DNA of 64,000 nucleotides from Rhina ancylostomus (lineage: Eukaryota): assembly GCA_030265395.1 (NCBI GenBank), contig JARFYF010000002.1:41134302-41198301 (forward strand), given 5' to 3'. Below, one piece after another: positions 36,326-50,384 of this stretch. The position numbers and the translations under genes were made by a program. The notes under the pieces are model-generated. The model ran no database searches, was not told the DNA's origin, and saw only the letters and a program-made list of their open reading frames with translations. Each line of letters opens with the position of its first letter. Position 1 is the stretch's first letter.

Positions 36326-38509
36326 TCTTTATAATGTTCACTGGAGTGGATAGTACTTCTGACACTATGTAGAAGCAGGAACCCTGGCCATAGGCCCAGC
36401 AGAAATTCACTAATGCTTTTGCATAGTAACACAGACTGCCAGAATTTATTGTTCAGACTTAATATTTGGCAAGCTGTTGTATGGTTACCAAAGAAATTAA
36501 ATTATATCTCAATAAGAACTACCGTCTTCAGGAGCAGTGAGGGAAAGAGCATTTCAGCCTTGTCAGAGACAAATGCTTGAAAATATGTAATGTTTCTCAC
36601 TTGCAAAAAGATGCATACTGCATTGTTGCTACTTTACATTGAAAGCAACTGACATTCATTTATTCATTTTAGGCAGTTACATATTTATACTTTGGAGCAG
36701 CAAGTTTTGCATATTTAATACCTTGTTGAGGATTCACTTTGCTTTTAGAACACACACACATTTCTTAAACACCATTGCTATATAAGAATGGCAATGTGTG
36801 ACATTTTGTGATTTGCTTAACCTCACTATGACACACACAGGGATAATGCTCAGTGCTTAAAAGGATGGCTATGGCAGAACTACAGTAGCATTGACCTCAA
36901 ATTAAACTTTACCATAATATATCTCAGTCAACTATGTATCTTATGTTCAAGAGACACAATGAATATTTGAGTTTCCATTCTCATGCATGGCTGTAATATG
37001 ATGTGAGGTCACTCCAAATTAACAGCTGCTCTCAATAAAGAGAACATTATAAATCAGAGTTAAAGATGCATCCTGTAACTATTTCTGTAGAGATTGTTTC
37101 AAATTATTTTATCTACAGAGCAGGCCAGAACAAAAGAAAATGTTCCATGTGTCCCGTGTGTAGCAAAACTGCAAACATATTCTTTTTAAGTAATTGAAAG
37201 TTTTGAAACAAAATTTCACAAGGACATCCTTGCTAAATATTCCTGAATTGTAGAATAACTAGATCTGACATTGAAACAGTAGTAATCACTAATGATCTTT
37301 TCACGGAACTTTCTACAGATGGATGACAGCATTAACCTCTTGCATTCCATCTAACAATTGTGAAAGTAGTTACATTAATTGAGACAGAGTTCTGATTTTG
37401 GATTCTACTGAAAGATAACACAAAACATTTACTCTGTTTCTGTCTCCACAAATGCTACCTGACTTGTTGACTATTTCCAGCATTTGTTGGTTTTGTTTCT
37501 GATTTCTAGACTCCTCGTGCTTTGCTATGGTTAAACATGAGGCTATTGGTGGTGGGGGTTGGGGGGAAAGTTGAGGGGTCAATAGATGATAAGCAAGCTC
37601 AAATAAAAGTCTTTATCTGAACAATAATATCAAGGATAATCACCTTATAAAAAAAGTCAAGATTAATTTATCAAGCCAATTGAACTGAACTGATTTGCTA
37701 ATGTTACTTAACTGTAAGAAAATAATATATTTCCAGTCTTAATATTTGTGCAATTGTTTTCCACATTTGCTTCTTTAAGTAGAAAGATTGTGCCATGCTC
37801 TATTATGGAATACAATACGTAAATTCATCATCAGGTGATGTTCAGTACACAGGCTCAGAATTTTTCACATGATTTCTGTAGGAGTAAGTAGAGGAGTGGT
37901 TTAAATCACATTCCTATCAGTTAACAACATATATTTTAAATACAACACAGTGATTGCTTACTGCGTGGTCGCCCAAAAATAAGTCTTTGAAAATTATGAA
38001 TTCAAGAAACATTTGGTGTTATATACTTGTTGATTTTAGTTTATAATATTCTCTTCATCATTTCAAAACTGCAGTTTCTTATTTTTCCAGAATTAAATTT
38101 TAATTACTTACTGCTTCTCAAAAATGTCTTCAGATATCTAAATAGGATAAAACAGCAGACAGAAGCTCCTGGTGTGCAGACAATGTGGCCGAGAGTGCAT
38201 TATGCATTAAAAAAATGTGTTAAAGTGTTGTTGTGTTGGTTGGGGGTAAGGTACTGGCTGATGTTCTATTATCTAAGAGGCATGGGTCTACATGGATGGC
38301 CATATAACTTTTTGCAGGAGAAAACTTGCACTTAGGTCTTTCCCCCTCAGTGTTCATTTGTTATAATGGCAGGAGCTGATTGGTGGTGTCATCACACTCA
38401 TAGAGTCATACAGCACAGTAAAAGGCCTCCAACCAACAAACAGCTATCTACACTAATCCCATTTACCATCACTTAGTCCATAGCCTTCTATGCCTTGGAG
38501 AATCATGTG

Positions 38510-38912
38510 TTGGTATTGTTTATTATTGTCACTTGTACCAAGGTACAGTGAAAAACCTGTCTTGTATACCGTTCATATAGATCAATTCATTACACAGTGC
38601 ATTGAGGTAGTACAGGGTAAAACAATAACAGAATACAGAGTAAAGTGTTACAGCTGCAGGGAAGTGCACTGCAGGTAGATAATAAGGTGCAAGGTCAAAA
38701 CAAGGTAGATTGTGAATTCAAGAGTCCATCTCATCATATAAGGGAACCATTCAATAGTCTTATCACAATGGGATAGAAGCTGTCCTTGAGCCCGGTGGTA
38801 TGTGCCCTCAGGCTCCTGTATCTTCTGCCTGATGGGAGAAGAGAGAAGAGAGAATGACCCGGGTGGGTGGGGTCTTTGATTATGCTGGGTGCTTCACCAA
38901 GGCAGTGAGAGG
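38510..38912 (-). mobile_element. Rex1/Babar-type LINE 3' end
   Basis: Same tail as 10868-11180; the reverse frame gives IIKDPTHPGHSLFSLLPSGRRYRSLRAHTT. Confidence 0.85.
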
Positions 38913-40791
38913 TATGTGCTCGAATGGAAACTTATTAATTATTGTTAGAGTATCTGATTTCACTAGGAATTAAATATTGCAGTGAGATGATTCAAGAAGA
39001 GTGGGGGGAGGTAGTGGACAGAAAAGTATGGCTGAAGATGGGGTGGAATTATAAAGCAAGATGGGGGGAAATGGGTGCTGAATGTGGAAGAGGATCAGGG
39101 TACAGGTGGTTTGGTTGTGATCAAGTGTGAATGTTATTCTGGCTGTTGATCAGAATCTGAGGATGGGGGTGCTGATAATGGAGGAGACATACTTGGTCGG
39201 GTTGGGTCACAATTGGAGGGCTGGGGCTCCCTGGCAGTGGATCAAATCCATTGAGGGTCCTCCAGGAGAACAAAGCAGGCCTCAGTCCTGACGTTCAGGT
39301 CTGCTGCAATATACAAAGCCTCCACTATTTGCTGGCCTTGTATATGTAATATCGTACAAGTGACATAAAAATAAGCACTGGAGACTATTTGACATGCTTA
39401 TACATGGCCTGTAATCTTTGTGATATTTGCCTAATACATATGGAAGGCCTGCTTTGTGTACTTGTGTCACACTTCTGATGTTCAGAGTACCAATCACATT
39501 TTTTAAGAGATTGTCTTGCTTAACACATGAGACATTCCACCACAAGGCCCAATATCAAATAATGACACAAAAATCTTTCAGTGTTTAACTTAATGGAAGA
39601 GAATGCTGTCAAGGGCTTATGTTAGACTAGGTAATGGTAAAGATGTCAACCCCTACGTTGTTGTAGAGTAGTAGAAAGTACAGAGCTGAATTGTCCCTTA
39701 CAAGGATGAAAAGTGAGCATTTCTGCAATGAATGGAGATGTAGAATGAATTGTGGTTGAGAAAATAGAAATCTGATTTTACACTGAATTAATTCAGGGGG
39801 ATCCATGTAGCATTTCATATATAGCAGAAAGCGAGTGGAAGCAGATTATTATCGTTGGAAACCTTTTCTGCTTTAGATATCACTTCTCAAGACATTATGC
39901 CAATAAGATAATGTAGATTGCTTATCCTTGAGATTGCTTTCCAAAGTGCTTGCCGTGACTGGCCAGAAAAGGTGACCTTACTTCGAACTGCACAATTCAA
40001 TATCTCTCTTTCCAGTAGCAGATAAAAATACTCAGATACCACAGGAGTTGGGATGAAATTTTGGGTGCTGGCAGCCATAAAAGACTGATGTCAACTTTTA
40101 GAGTATCATCATTACCTTTTGAGATTTCAGCTAATGTTGAAGTCCTGTTCCTTAGTAGGATTTGTGTGATGATGGTAAACAAAGTCATTAATAAAGTGAT
40201 GTGAACAGTTTGGTCCTAGCTGGCCTCCCCAAAGCTCCTGTTCCAAAAATGTGCTCACTAATTGATTTCCCCATCTATATTCTGGGAAGTATCTCAATTT
40301 AAATTGCTTTTTGACCATAAGTAGTTTGGCAAGCACTTTAACCACAGTTTCCAAGCATGTTGTGTCCTGAGTAGCCATTTTGAGTAAAGCTAAGCATATA
40401 AGGCAGAGAAAGCCACAAACTCACACGCCTGTGACACAGAAACTAATATGTCAGCAACATTCTTTTTTGACAAAGTTATATTTATTGCCAGTGCCTAATT
40501 GCTTGGAGACATTTAGGGTCATTCTTGCAGTGTGGGGGCTGAGTACATATAGATTTTCTTCCCTAAAGGACATTAGTGAAGTGTTCAAAATTTTACAATA
40601 ATCCAAAGCTTTCATGCTAGGCTACAAATAATTAGATTTATTGAATTCAATTTCACAAGTTGCCATGGTGGGGTTNNNNNNNNNNNNNNNNNNNNNNNNN
40701 NNNNNNNNNNNNNNNNNNNNNNNNNNNNNNNNNNNNNNNNNNNNNNNNNNNNNNNNNNNNNNNNNNNNNNNNNNNNNNNNNNNNNNNNNNN

Positions 40792-40797
40792 CGCACG

Positions 40798-40851
<54 letters not shown>
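40792..40851. repeat. (CG)n(CA)n microsatellite
   Basis: Seen directly; abuts a gap. Confidence 0.95.
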
Positions 40852-40854
<3 letters not shown>

Positions 40855-41789
40855 CATAACCAACTGTGGGTTAGTAAGGTAATACCAAATTCATCTCTGT
40901 TCTTGACTATTAGGTCATCTGGAGAACTTCACTTTATGTTGGAAATATTACATTGGAATGTTTGAATATATCCGTTTTCAGAGGTTTATGAATGTATTTC
41001 AGACTGTATTGATGAATGATGCCATCCATTAGGTTAGGATAATTTCAAATATTATATTTGGAAGTAGATCCTGGTGCATTATGAATATTTGGATGAGGGT
41101 GGGGTCTGTGTGTTGATGAATAATTGTTAATAAACCAAAGTTGGAATTGGGCAATGTCAAATACAATACATTAAAATGATGAAGAATGTGTGGATTCATG
41201 CCAAGCTACCATATTCATAATTAGTGGAATGAAACATCGATACAGAAAGTATCAAGAAGCAACTCAATTATTCCAAGGCAAAACAATTATGTTTGAGGGC
41301 TAAAGGGAAACCTCTGATTGTGGTTGCTAATTAAGTTTTTCTACATACAGTATTTGACAAGTCTGAAGTAGCAGTCATTTACTATGTAAATCAATAAAGG
41401 GTCTGGATTTAAAATTAGTTGGTTCTTTTCCAAAAATGATTGATTATTACATACAATTTACTGTCCAGTAACAGGCCATTCAGTCCATTTGGTTTATGTG
41501 AGTTTTTATTGAGCAGATAGATCTCCTTCTATCCTTCACCTAACTTTGTCTGAATACCTTTCTTAATTTCTTATATATCCATTTAAATACCCTCAAAAAT
41601 ATTTTTTCTCAAATATTCCATTACTGAATATTTCCAGAAATAAAGTCCAAATCTAGCAAAATCCAAAGTCATCTAATTCTGCCTTCCAACCTATCTGGTG
41701 AACGCAATGCTTGCCCTAACTTCTACAGAAGGAGAACACCTTGGAGTGACCCTTGACATACACCAAATGTTTGTGGCCATCTGTGGCCA

Positions 41790-42240
41790 AGATCAAAAGA
41801 GGATTCTGTCATCTTCAGGGTGTTCTCAGGTACACACTGAGACAAACCTTAACTGCTGCTGGAAGATCATCAAAGATGCACTTTGGCCAGCTCAGAACTT
41901 GTTGGTCTTCCAGTGTAAGGAGATGTCCGCAAGCAGATGCTGCTGACAGGCACATTTCAAGGTGTAGGAGTATGTGCTGAGGGATGTGCTGAAGCTTGGA
42001 GCAGCTACCGCAAAGGCCTTGTGGGGACAGACCACAGCCTAGGGTCCTGCTACCAATGGATACTGTGTAACAGCCTTTCAAACTCTTCACAGGTGCATTG
42101 GTTAAGGAGGAAACATAAGTAGCATTGACACATTGTCAGAGAAAATATTTAATTGATTGTATAGCAAATGTAGAAAAAGGCATTACCGACTGTATTTGCT
42201 GTATATATTATGAATATACTTCTAAAATAAAAAGAAAATA
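41790..42240 (+). mobile_element. Tx1-like (L1-group) LINE ORF2 C-terminus and A-rich tail
   Basis: HTETNLNCCWKIIKDALWPAQNLLVFQCKEMS..CC, then EYVLRDVLKLGAATAKALWGQTTA*; tail AATAAAAAGAAAATA. Confidence 0.6.
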
Positions 42241-44449
42241 GTCATAATCTAAAAACCTAAAATGCTGGCACAGGGGTATCACAGACTATTGATTTTGCAT
42301 ACTCTGTTGCTGAACACTATGGTTCCAGTTTACTTGGTGAGCTTCTGTACAAAACTCATTGACAAGCACAGAAGCTGGCTATGAAGACAGTGACTGGAAC
42401 CTTAAACTTCATCCCTCTCAGTGGCTCCCGGTACCATTGACTAATGTCCTCCTCAGACCTGGCAAGATGCTGTGGCACAGAGAGGTTAGCCAAACCTTCA
42501 GTCTCATATAGCTGCCTCTCTGAACCCCAACTAACTGTATGGCTTCAAGAAACCCTATCAGATCCTGTTTTACTCTTGTCAATTTCACCAGTGATGACAA
42601 ATGGAGTAAAATCTGGATCAAAAATATAACCTGAAACAAAGAACTTATTCAAAACCTGAAGGCACATTTTCCTGGGTTTTACCAGCCTTGAAGGCCATGG
42701 ACAGTTCTAAACAGGATCTGAGTGCAACAAGAGTGATAGAGCCACTTAATGCATTAGTGGCAACTCAAATCCTCCTCTGCCTGCAAATATGATAATCCAC
42801 TCAAAGAATAGGACTTAGTCCTCCTGAATTTTATGGACTTATTCATCCAAAGCTCCACTTTTGGACTCCTTAACATGTGGAAACTTCTTCCTGAGATCAA
42901 GCCTCTTCTTAATTTTAGAAACCTTAATTAACTTTCTTTAGCATTTTCTTTTTCTCAAGTAAAGAAACCCTGTCCAGACAATTTTTCCAGAAAATTGCAT
43001 TCTCCCAGGGAACTTCTCTTTCTGTATTATGGTCTCAAGTTTATGCAATGCCACTCGGTAATAATCTTTTTAAACTCTATTGAGCTAACAACTAAAGCAT
43101 GGGACCTGACTGGCTCTTCTCCAGCACCACATGGTTATTGTCATGATAGCTGTTCCCCAAATATTTTAATTCTTTGAAATGAACAAAAATAAAGATTTGA
43201 TAGGAATTTTGACTACATTTTACTGATGAAACAAAATGGAATTTGCTTATTTCATCATTCCTAACAAGGTTTTCTTGCAAAAGCATCTCTAACTGTCCAA
43301 TTTGTCAAATGTTGCAAATACAGAATACCTAATTCTTACACTTGAATGGTGAAAACTGTGATACAATTTCAATAGGCACATTGACCTTTTTATATCATTC
43401 TCCAAGTGTAAACCAGGACAGAAAGTGAATTTTCTGATATCACATGGACTGTCAGAGTCCATCAGAGACTACCATGCATCCTGACTGAATAAGAATAAAA
43501 AGATGACACTATTTTCTCTTTCCTAACCAAAATTGCACCACTCCAATACAGATCCAGTCATGAAAAGCTGGTCTCTCCTGTAGCTATATTCCATCTTACA
43601 GGATATCATAATGATGATAATTTTGTGTACACAACAGTGAGCCCTGGTTATTGAATATACATTGAGGAAATCTGAGCAATTTCTGCAATTAGCTTCCTAA
43701 TTACTTAGTTAGAAAGTTGAATACAAAACCTGGTGGAGTGTCCAAGGTACATTCTCAGAAAGATTGATATGTGGGAGTTGGACGAGGCTTCCTGCCAACT
43801 GTGCAAAGTTGGAAATGTTCCCCATTTGTACCTTGATATGCATGCTACGCAGAAAACTGATTTCTGTATATACTTTAATGGTGAGAAAGATTCACTTGAA
43901 AATTCTTGACCTTTTGATGTTATTTTTTGGAAATGTTCCTGATGTTGCAAACTGTTTTATAATCAATTGATAGCTTTTCAATTGCTATTTTATTGTTCTA
44001 AGGCAAGTGCAACAGTAAGTATACATGGAAGATGAATCAATGTCCAAATAGTCAACTTTCAACAGTGTCTTTTTGAAGTAGGAATCCTGGCAGGACATGA
44101 GAAACCATCGAAAATACTTCTCCAAACTGCAAAATGTTTTTTTTAATTCATCATTGAAGACAGGCAGAATCAGTTTAATATCCCAGCCAAAACCTTGAAC
44201 CTCCAATAGTACAGCACAAGTTTTGTATTACACTGAAATTTTAGTGCAGATGATCATTAAAATCTTCTGACACTTTTATGTTATTGATGAATGTTGAAAG
44301 AAGTTACCAGCTTACCAAAAAAAAAATTGAGGGTCACTTGATTGCTTTGAATTGTATTCAGTGCATTAAAAACTTCAAGTTGATGCTTCTACATAACAAG
44401 GAATCTGACCATAGCAGAATGAAGGGTCCAGATGAGTCCATCGGGGCAT

Positions 44450-44545
44450 AGTCCATATGAAGGGTCTCAACCCAAAATGTCATCTGTTCATTTCCCTCCA
44501 TAGCTGCTACCTGACCCACTGAGTTCCTCCAGCATCTTGTTTTTT
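44450..44545 (+). mobile_element. Penelope-like repeat fragment with decayed hammerhead motif
   Basis: AGTC-CATATGA-AGGGTCTCAACCC-AAAATGTC followed by CTGACCCACTGAGTTCCTCCAGCA. Confidence 0.55.
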
Positions 44546-45114
44546 CCTGGCTGACCAGCATAGGTAGGAGATTCCTTTCATACTTCTCCCAAGGATGATT
44601 TTATAATTTCAAATTATCAAGAGTTATTTTGCTGAAAGGGTGAAAAGAGGCACATAAACACAGTAATATGAAAAATCTGGACATAGCATGCAATTTTAAT
44701 TTAATTGATGAATATCATGAATTATCATGCTTGTGGGCACAGAAATAAACAGCTGGAGTTTTAGCATTCAAATGTGGATTAGATGCAATTTTTATGAATC
44801 TTTATAAATGACCTGCACTCACCCGCAGCCATTGAAGGCCTCGAGACCACTAGCTGTGAGAGAAGTCAATACTGCAGGATATTTCAGGTATTGAGGTAGA
44901 AGGTAGCTAGGTCTAGAGGAAAAGAAATGACCTCTGTCCTCAAAGGGATGTAGATTTGCGGGGCTTGTTCATATACAAGTGAGAAATCACCTGAGGTCAC
45001 AGTGAGGATACCTGCTGGTCAAATATGGACCTTGCAAAAGCCAAGCTTCAGAAGCCTCTTGGTTGTAGAAACACAGGCCAATTCTAAGTAGAGACATGAT
45101 GCCTTTTATGTCTA

Positions 45115-46500
45115 GAAATCTATCTCCTTCTTAAATATATTCAGTGACTTGGCCTCCACGGCCTTATGTGGTAGAGAATTTCAAAATTTTCTGAGTGAAA
45201 AAATTTCTCATCTCAGTCCTAAATGTCTTAGTGCAACTTGAAACTGTGACCACTGCTTCTAGACATCCCAGCTGGGGAAACATCTTCTCTAAATCTAGCC
45301 TGTCAATCCCTGTCAGAATTTTGTATGCTTCAATGAGATAGCCCCTCATTCTTCTAAACCCAAGTGAATACAGGACTAGTCAACCTAATATCTCCTTATA
45401 CAATAGTCCTACTATCCCAGATCTGGTGAACCTTAACTTCATCCCTTCTAGTGTATATTTGATTAGATAAGGAGGCCAAAACTGCACACAGTATTCTGGG
45501 TATGGTCTCGTCATGACCCTGTATAATTGCAATGAGACATCCTTGCTCCTGTACTCAAGTTCTCATGGAATGAAGGCTTCTTGCCATTTACCTTCTTGCT
45601 GCTTGCTGTTTAATTTAAGTGACTGGTGTACAAGGACGCTCAGATCCCTTTGTATATCAATATTTCCCAATCTATCACTATTTAAATAATATTCTGCCTT
45701 TCAGTTTTTTATACTGAAGTGCATAAATTCACATTCATCCACTTTAAACTGCATCTGCCATGAATTTGTCCATCACTCAATTTCTTTTAGTTATTAAATT
45801 TTTAAATTTCAAATTTTATTTACAGCGTGGGAACAGGCCCTTCCGGCCTAATGAGTCAGTGCCGCCCATTTTAAACCCCAAACTAACCTACCTGTATGTC
45901 TTTGGAATGTGGGTGGAAACCGGAGTACCTGGAGGAAACCCACGCAGCCATGGGAGAACGTACAAAATCCTTACAGGCACCAAAGGGAACTTAAAGCCTC
46001 TTTGCATCTCCTTCACAAGTCACACTTCTACCTAGTTTTCTGTTACTAGCAAACTTAGGAAAAATACTTTCCATTCCCTTATCCAAATTATTGATGTTTA
46101 TTTGAATAACTGAGGCCCAAGCACTGATCCCTATAGTAACCCACTAGTCACTATCTGCCACCCCAGAAAAGTCCCATTTAATCCAATCTACAGTCTCCAG
46201 TTTGTCAACCAATTTTCAACCTCTGACAGTACATTAGCCCCAATCCCATCTGCTCTATTTTTGCACACTAATTGCATTTTTGGGACTTTATTAAGGTATG
46301 AAAATACAAATACACATCCACTGGTTCTCCATTATTAATTCCACAAGATACATCCTCAAATCCAGGTTGACTTTGTCTAATACCATTGCTATTTTCTTTG
46401 TGTCCTGTTACCATATCATATAGCAAATCAGTATTTAAATTAGTTGTTTAAAGTACTATTCCTTTTGTTAGGTTAACCAGTCTGTAATTCCCTGTTTTCT
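45115..46500 (-). mobile_element. Old CR1 LINE ORF2 remnant with a nested V-SINE (about 45790-45990)
   Basis: MRGYLIEAYKILTGIDRLDLEKMFP..FRTEMRNFFTQ; the nested copy contains GGAAACCGGAGTACCTGGAGGAAACCCACGCAG. Confidence 0.7.
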
Positions 46501-49500
46501 CTATCCCTCCTTTTCAAAATATTCCTAAACAGCAAGTGTTTTGGTGAATTCTTTAATATTTGAAGCAATATTGACATTGTCCATTTTACATTGATGTTGA
46601 TGTTGATGAAAGGAATTCTGGCTGGATGTATGGAAATGTCAGATACTTCTTCAAATTGAACTATTTTGTATTAAATTCATTTTAAAGCTCAGTTTAATGC
46701 CCCAAATCTTGAATCTTCAGCAGTACAATCTTTTGTATTATTCTGAGTTTTTAATGCAGGTAATAATATTGTCTGCCCTGCAAGCAGATTCATGTCAATT
46801 CATGGTAATTATTAATTAGATCAAAAATTGCAAGCAAAGTCCAGATTTTTCTTATTAATATGTTTATGCACCTGTTTAAACCCTTTGAGTGACTAACTAT
46901 CTTGAGAAGTTAATTGAGTTTATGGTGGAATTGGTGAAATTTTTTAGTAAGATTCAACCTGGAAATCATTTGAATCACAATCCATTACTGAAAATAACCC
47001 TTTTTCTTATATCTGTAGCATTGACCAAATAATTCCTGTCTGATTTTCTAGGCCGTTAGCCTTTGCTTATAATGTGCTAAATTGGCATTACAGGTTAAAA
47101 TCTCATCTTGAACAGCTCACAAGCTCTTTGGTGTCGAGATTCCAAGGAAAGTTCTCCAGCTCCATCATAACCCCCAGTCATGATTCTTAAACCATCTAAT
47201 GTCAGAGTTGAAGTAAAAACAGGAAATGAAAATTTATTTTCCTAAAATATTTACTCTGGTCTCCTCTCCATTAATAACATAGTATTTTCTGGTTAATTTC
47301 AGATTCCCAGCATCTGCCGTATTTTGCAAAGAATATCCAAAGTTGTTAAAGTTCAAAATCTATCAGTTCAAATCTTACATTAACGTCCATTGGGAATTCA
47401 AAGAAACACTGAGCACAGGGACAATATGCTAGTGGTTGCTCTAAAAATACAATTTTTTGTCTTTAAAAAAGACAGGAGTTTCACCATTTTGCCATAGACT
47501 CAACCTCAGATTAGAATTTCTTGTAAAGTAAATAATTGATCCAACTAATAATCTTTAAGGCCCCTTTTCACAATCAATAATTGCCAATTTGTGGTACATA
47601 CTAGCCATTCTTCCAAATTGCCATGGAGCTAGTGTGAACTATTCACCTTATGATGCAGATTACACTGGGAATTGTTGTAGCTGACTTAGAAGGTAGGGAA
47701 GTGAAAAATTGTTATTTGGAAAGGTGATTCACAGATTGTTCCCACTTCTTCTGGGTTTTGTAAATTGCCTGAAGTTTGATTAAAAAAGAAAATAAATCTC
47801 TGTTTATTTTGTACTACCCTCAGCAAAATTGACAGTTAATGAAATACCTTCCAAGTATGTTCAGTAAGAGGAAACATGTTAGTCAATTTATGTGTCGTGA
47901 AGACTGACAAGCAGCAACAAAATAAATGATTATTCTGCAATAGAACAGATCATCTGTTTTAGGTGGAAGTTAAGAATTAACTGTTGACCAGCATACCAGG
48001 CAAACTGTCTTGGGCTTTAAAGTGGTACATTTGTGTCAGTTACACTCAATGGGAGAGCATATAAAGGCAGAAATCAGTAGATTTTTAGATATTAAAGAAA
48101 TCAAAAGATAGAGGATCAATGTAGGAAAGTGTCATTGTTAAAAGATTAACAATGATCTTATTGAATGGTTGAGAAGGCACAGAGTTGGTGATGGCAAATG
48201 GCTTACTTCTGCTTCTATTTGTTGTGTTATTTTCTTCTAACCCCTCAATTTTACAAAGAGAACACCTCCAACCATACAATTTTCCCTCATTGCTAGAGTG
48301 GACTAACTTCTTTCCCTTATTTCCCTTCATTCTCCTGCACTCATTGAACTTCAGCTCAGTCCACCACTCTCTCCCCATGAACAGCCGGCACCAATTCCCT
48401 TCACATCATTCACAAAAGCACCTACTTCTCCACACCTCACGTTGATCATCTGGGGCCAAGTTAGTCAATCAAGTTAGGCACATTCACCAACACCTCACAA
48501 AACTGTCAATGGCCCATTCAGCTGTTTCTTTTTTAAGTCTGTGTACAATGCCTAACAGGTAAATGTTGCTGAAGGATGGAATGGATTGCAATAATGATGC
48601 CCATTCTGGCAGAGCCTGTGCTGACAGATCTAATACTTAGCAGCTAATAATGCTGCAAAAAAAGCTGATATGACTGGCATTCTACTTTAAGAGCCAGTAT
48701 TAATGCATTATTCTTTTGTAGAACCCTAAGATTAGAGGTGGACATTGGTAGCATACCTATTAGGATTGACTCCATGCTATGACTTGACTTTAACAGCCAT
48801 CCATGGTAAAGAATATCACAGGTTCACCACCCTCTGGAATACCAATTTATAGGCTGTTCTATTGAGTTGTTTTCATTNNNNNNNNNNNNNNNNNNNNNNN
48901 NNNNNNNNNNCACTGATAGATTTTTCTACAAGTGGCCTAATCCAGGTCCAGTGGAATGAGTGGCATTAGCTACCCAATGTTGGAACAATTTCAGTAATCT
49001 CATCTGATTAACCAAGATATGAGGTAGCTGTAATAACTTAAACTAAAGTCAAGTTAGAAGCTTGCTTTGCATCTGTCTTGCCCTATCTGTCTTTAACTCC
49101 ATCTACTATCCTGAAAAATACATATGAGACAATGAGATCCTTCATACCCTTTCCTGCGTATGAAATTATTGCCTCATTCACAAGCTAGTGAAGCAGTAAA
49201 AGATGCATTAACATACATGTACACATTCACTGTACCTCTTCTGAATATCATCAAGAAATTTCTCCCTCCATTCACTGTATTCCATATGAATGCATGCAGA
49301 GCACTTTCATATGTACCATCCTCTCAAAATAGGAAATGATCTACATCCAAACAACATGCCATCTCAGGGCTTGAATGCTTGTGCTGGAAAAATTAGACAG
49401 TCACTTTACCTCACAAAATCAGAGGCTTAAGAAGGAGGGAAGATGTCAAACTAAAGTGTTGGAAGTCATGGGTTTGGTTTCATTGACATTTTTAATTCAT

Positions 49501-50384
49501 TGATAGGATGTGTGCAAAACGATACGAGTATGTTTGGAGAATGCCTGAAAGAAAAGGTGGAACATGTGGAATCTTTTGTAATTGTGCAAGAGATAAAATG
49601 AATGAGTTGGTGTAGTTGCCAAGGAGGTACAATGAGCTTATTTACAAGAAGTTTTTCTCTTGATATATATCTGGGGCTGCTCTAGACATCAGTCTCCTGT
49701 TTTGGTAGGCTGGAAAATACTGTAGTGTTTGGACCCCTTATTTAGCAGACAGTTCCAAGTACTCTGCAGCTTTTGTTCTGAAAAGAAAAGACTGTACCCT
49801 AAGCCTTTGTGACAAAACTTAGAACCACAAGACACCATCTCTTTGTTTCTGTTGTGAAAGCATCAGAGACAATAAGAGTGGAATGGACTGGAAAGTTGCC
49901 AGAGTTCCAAACTGCTATTCTGTTTCTTGATATAGGACTCTTAGTATTGGATGTGATAAAGATTTACATTACAAATTAGTGCAATATGATATGATATTCC
50001 TAGCTAGTGTGGTAACACTGTGAAAGAAGCTAATTTAGTTGGAATTATGATTGGGTTTCCGAGTGGTTTAATAAAATATTGATTACATGTCTAATTACTG
50101 TCAGCTTGGTGCATGTTTCATGTTCATGGTGTGTATAAAAATATCAATGTTTATGTGTACTCAACATGTCAATATGTATAGAATGAGTGTGATCATTATT
50201 TCAAATATGGAGTCAAAACCAAAGTCATGGATTTGCTTCAAATTGATCCTATCCGCCATTGTCACTTAGTCAATTTGTCAGTGGAAACACAACTTTTGAG
50301 AGCAATTAGAATATCTGTCAGTAAAGTTATGATGTCAAGTGATTCCAAGAAAGCATATGCCCATTGACTTCTGAAGTGGAACGA

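Noticed and set aside
49455-50020. Possible solo LTR (TG...CA boundaries)
   Set aside because: No second copy, target-site duplication, primer-binding site or polypurine tract could be identified.
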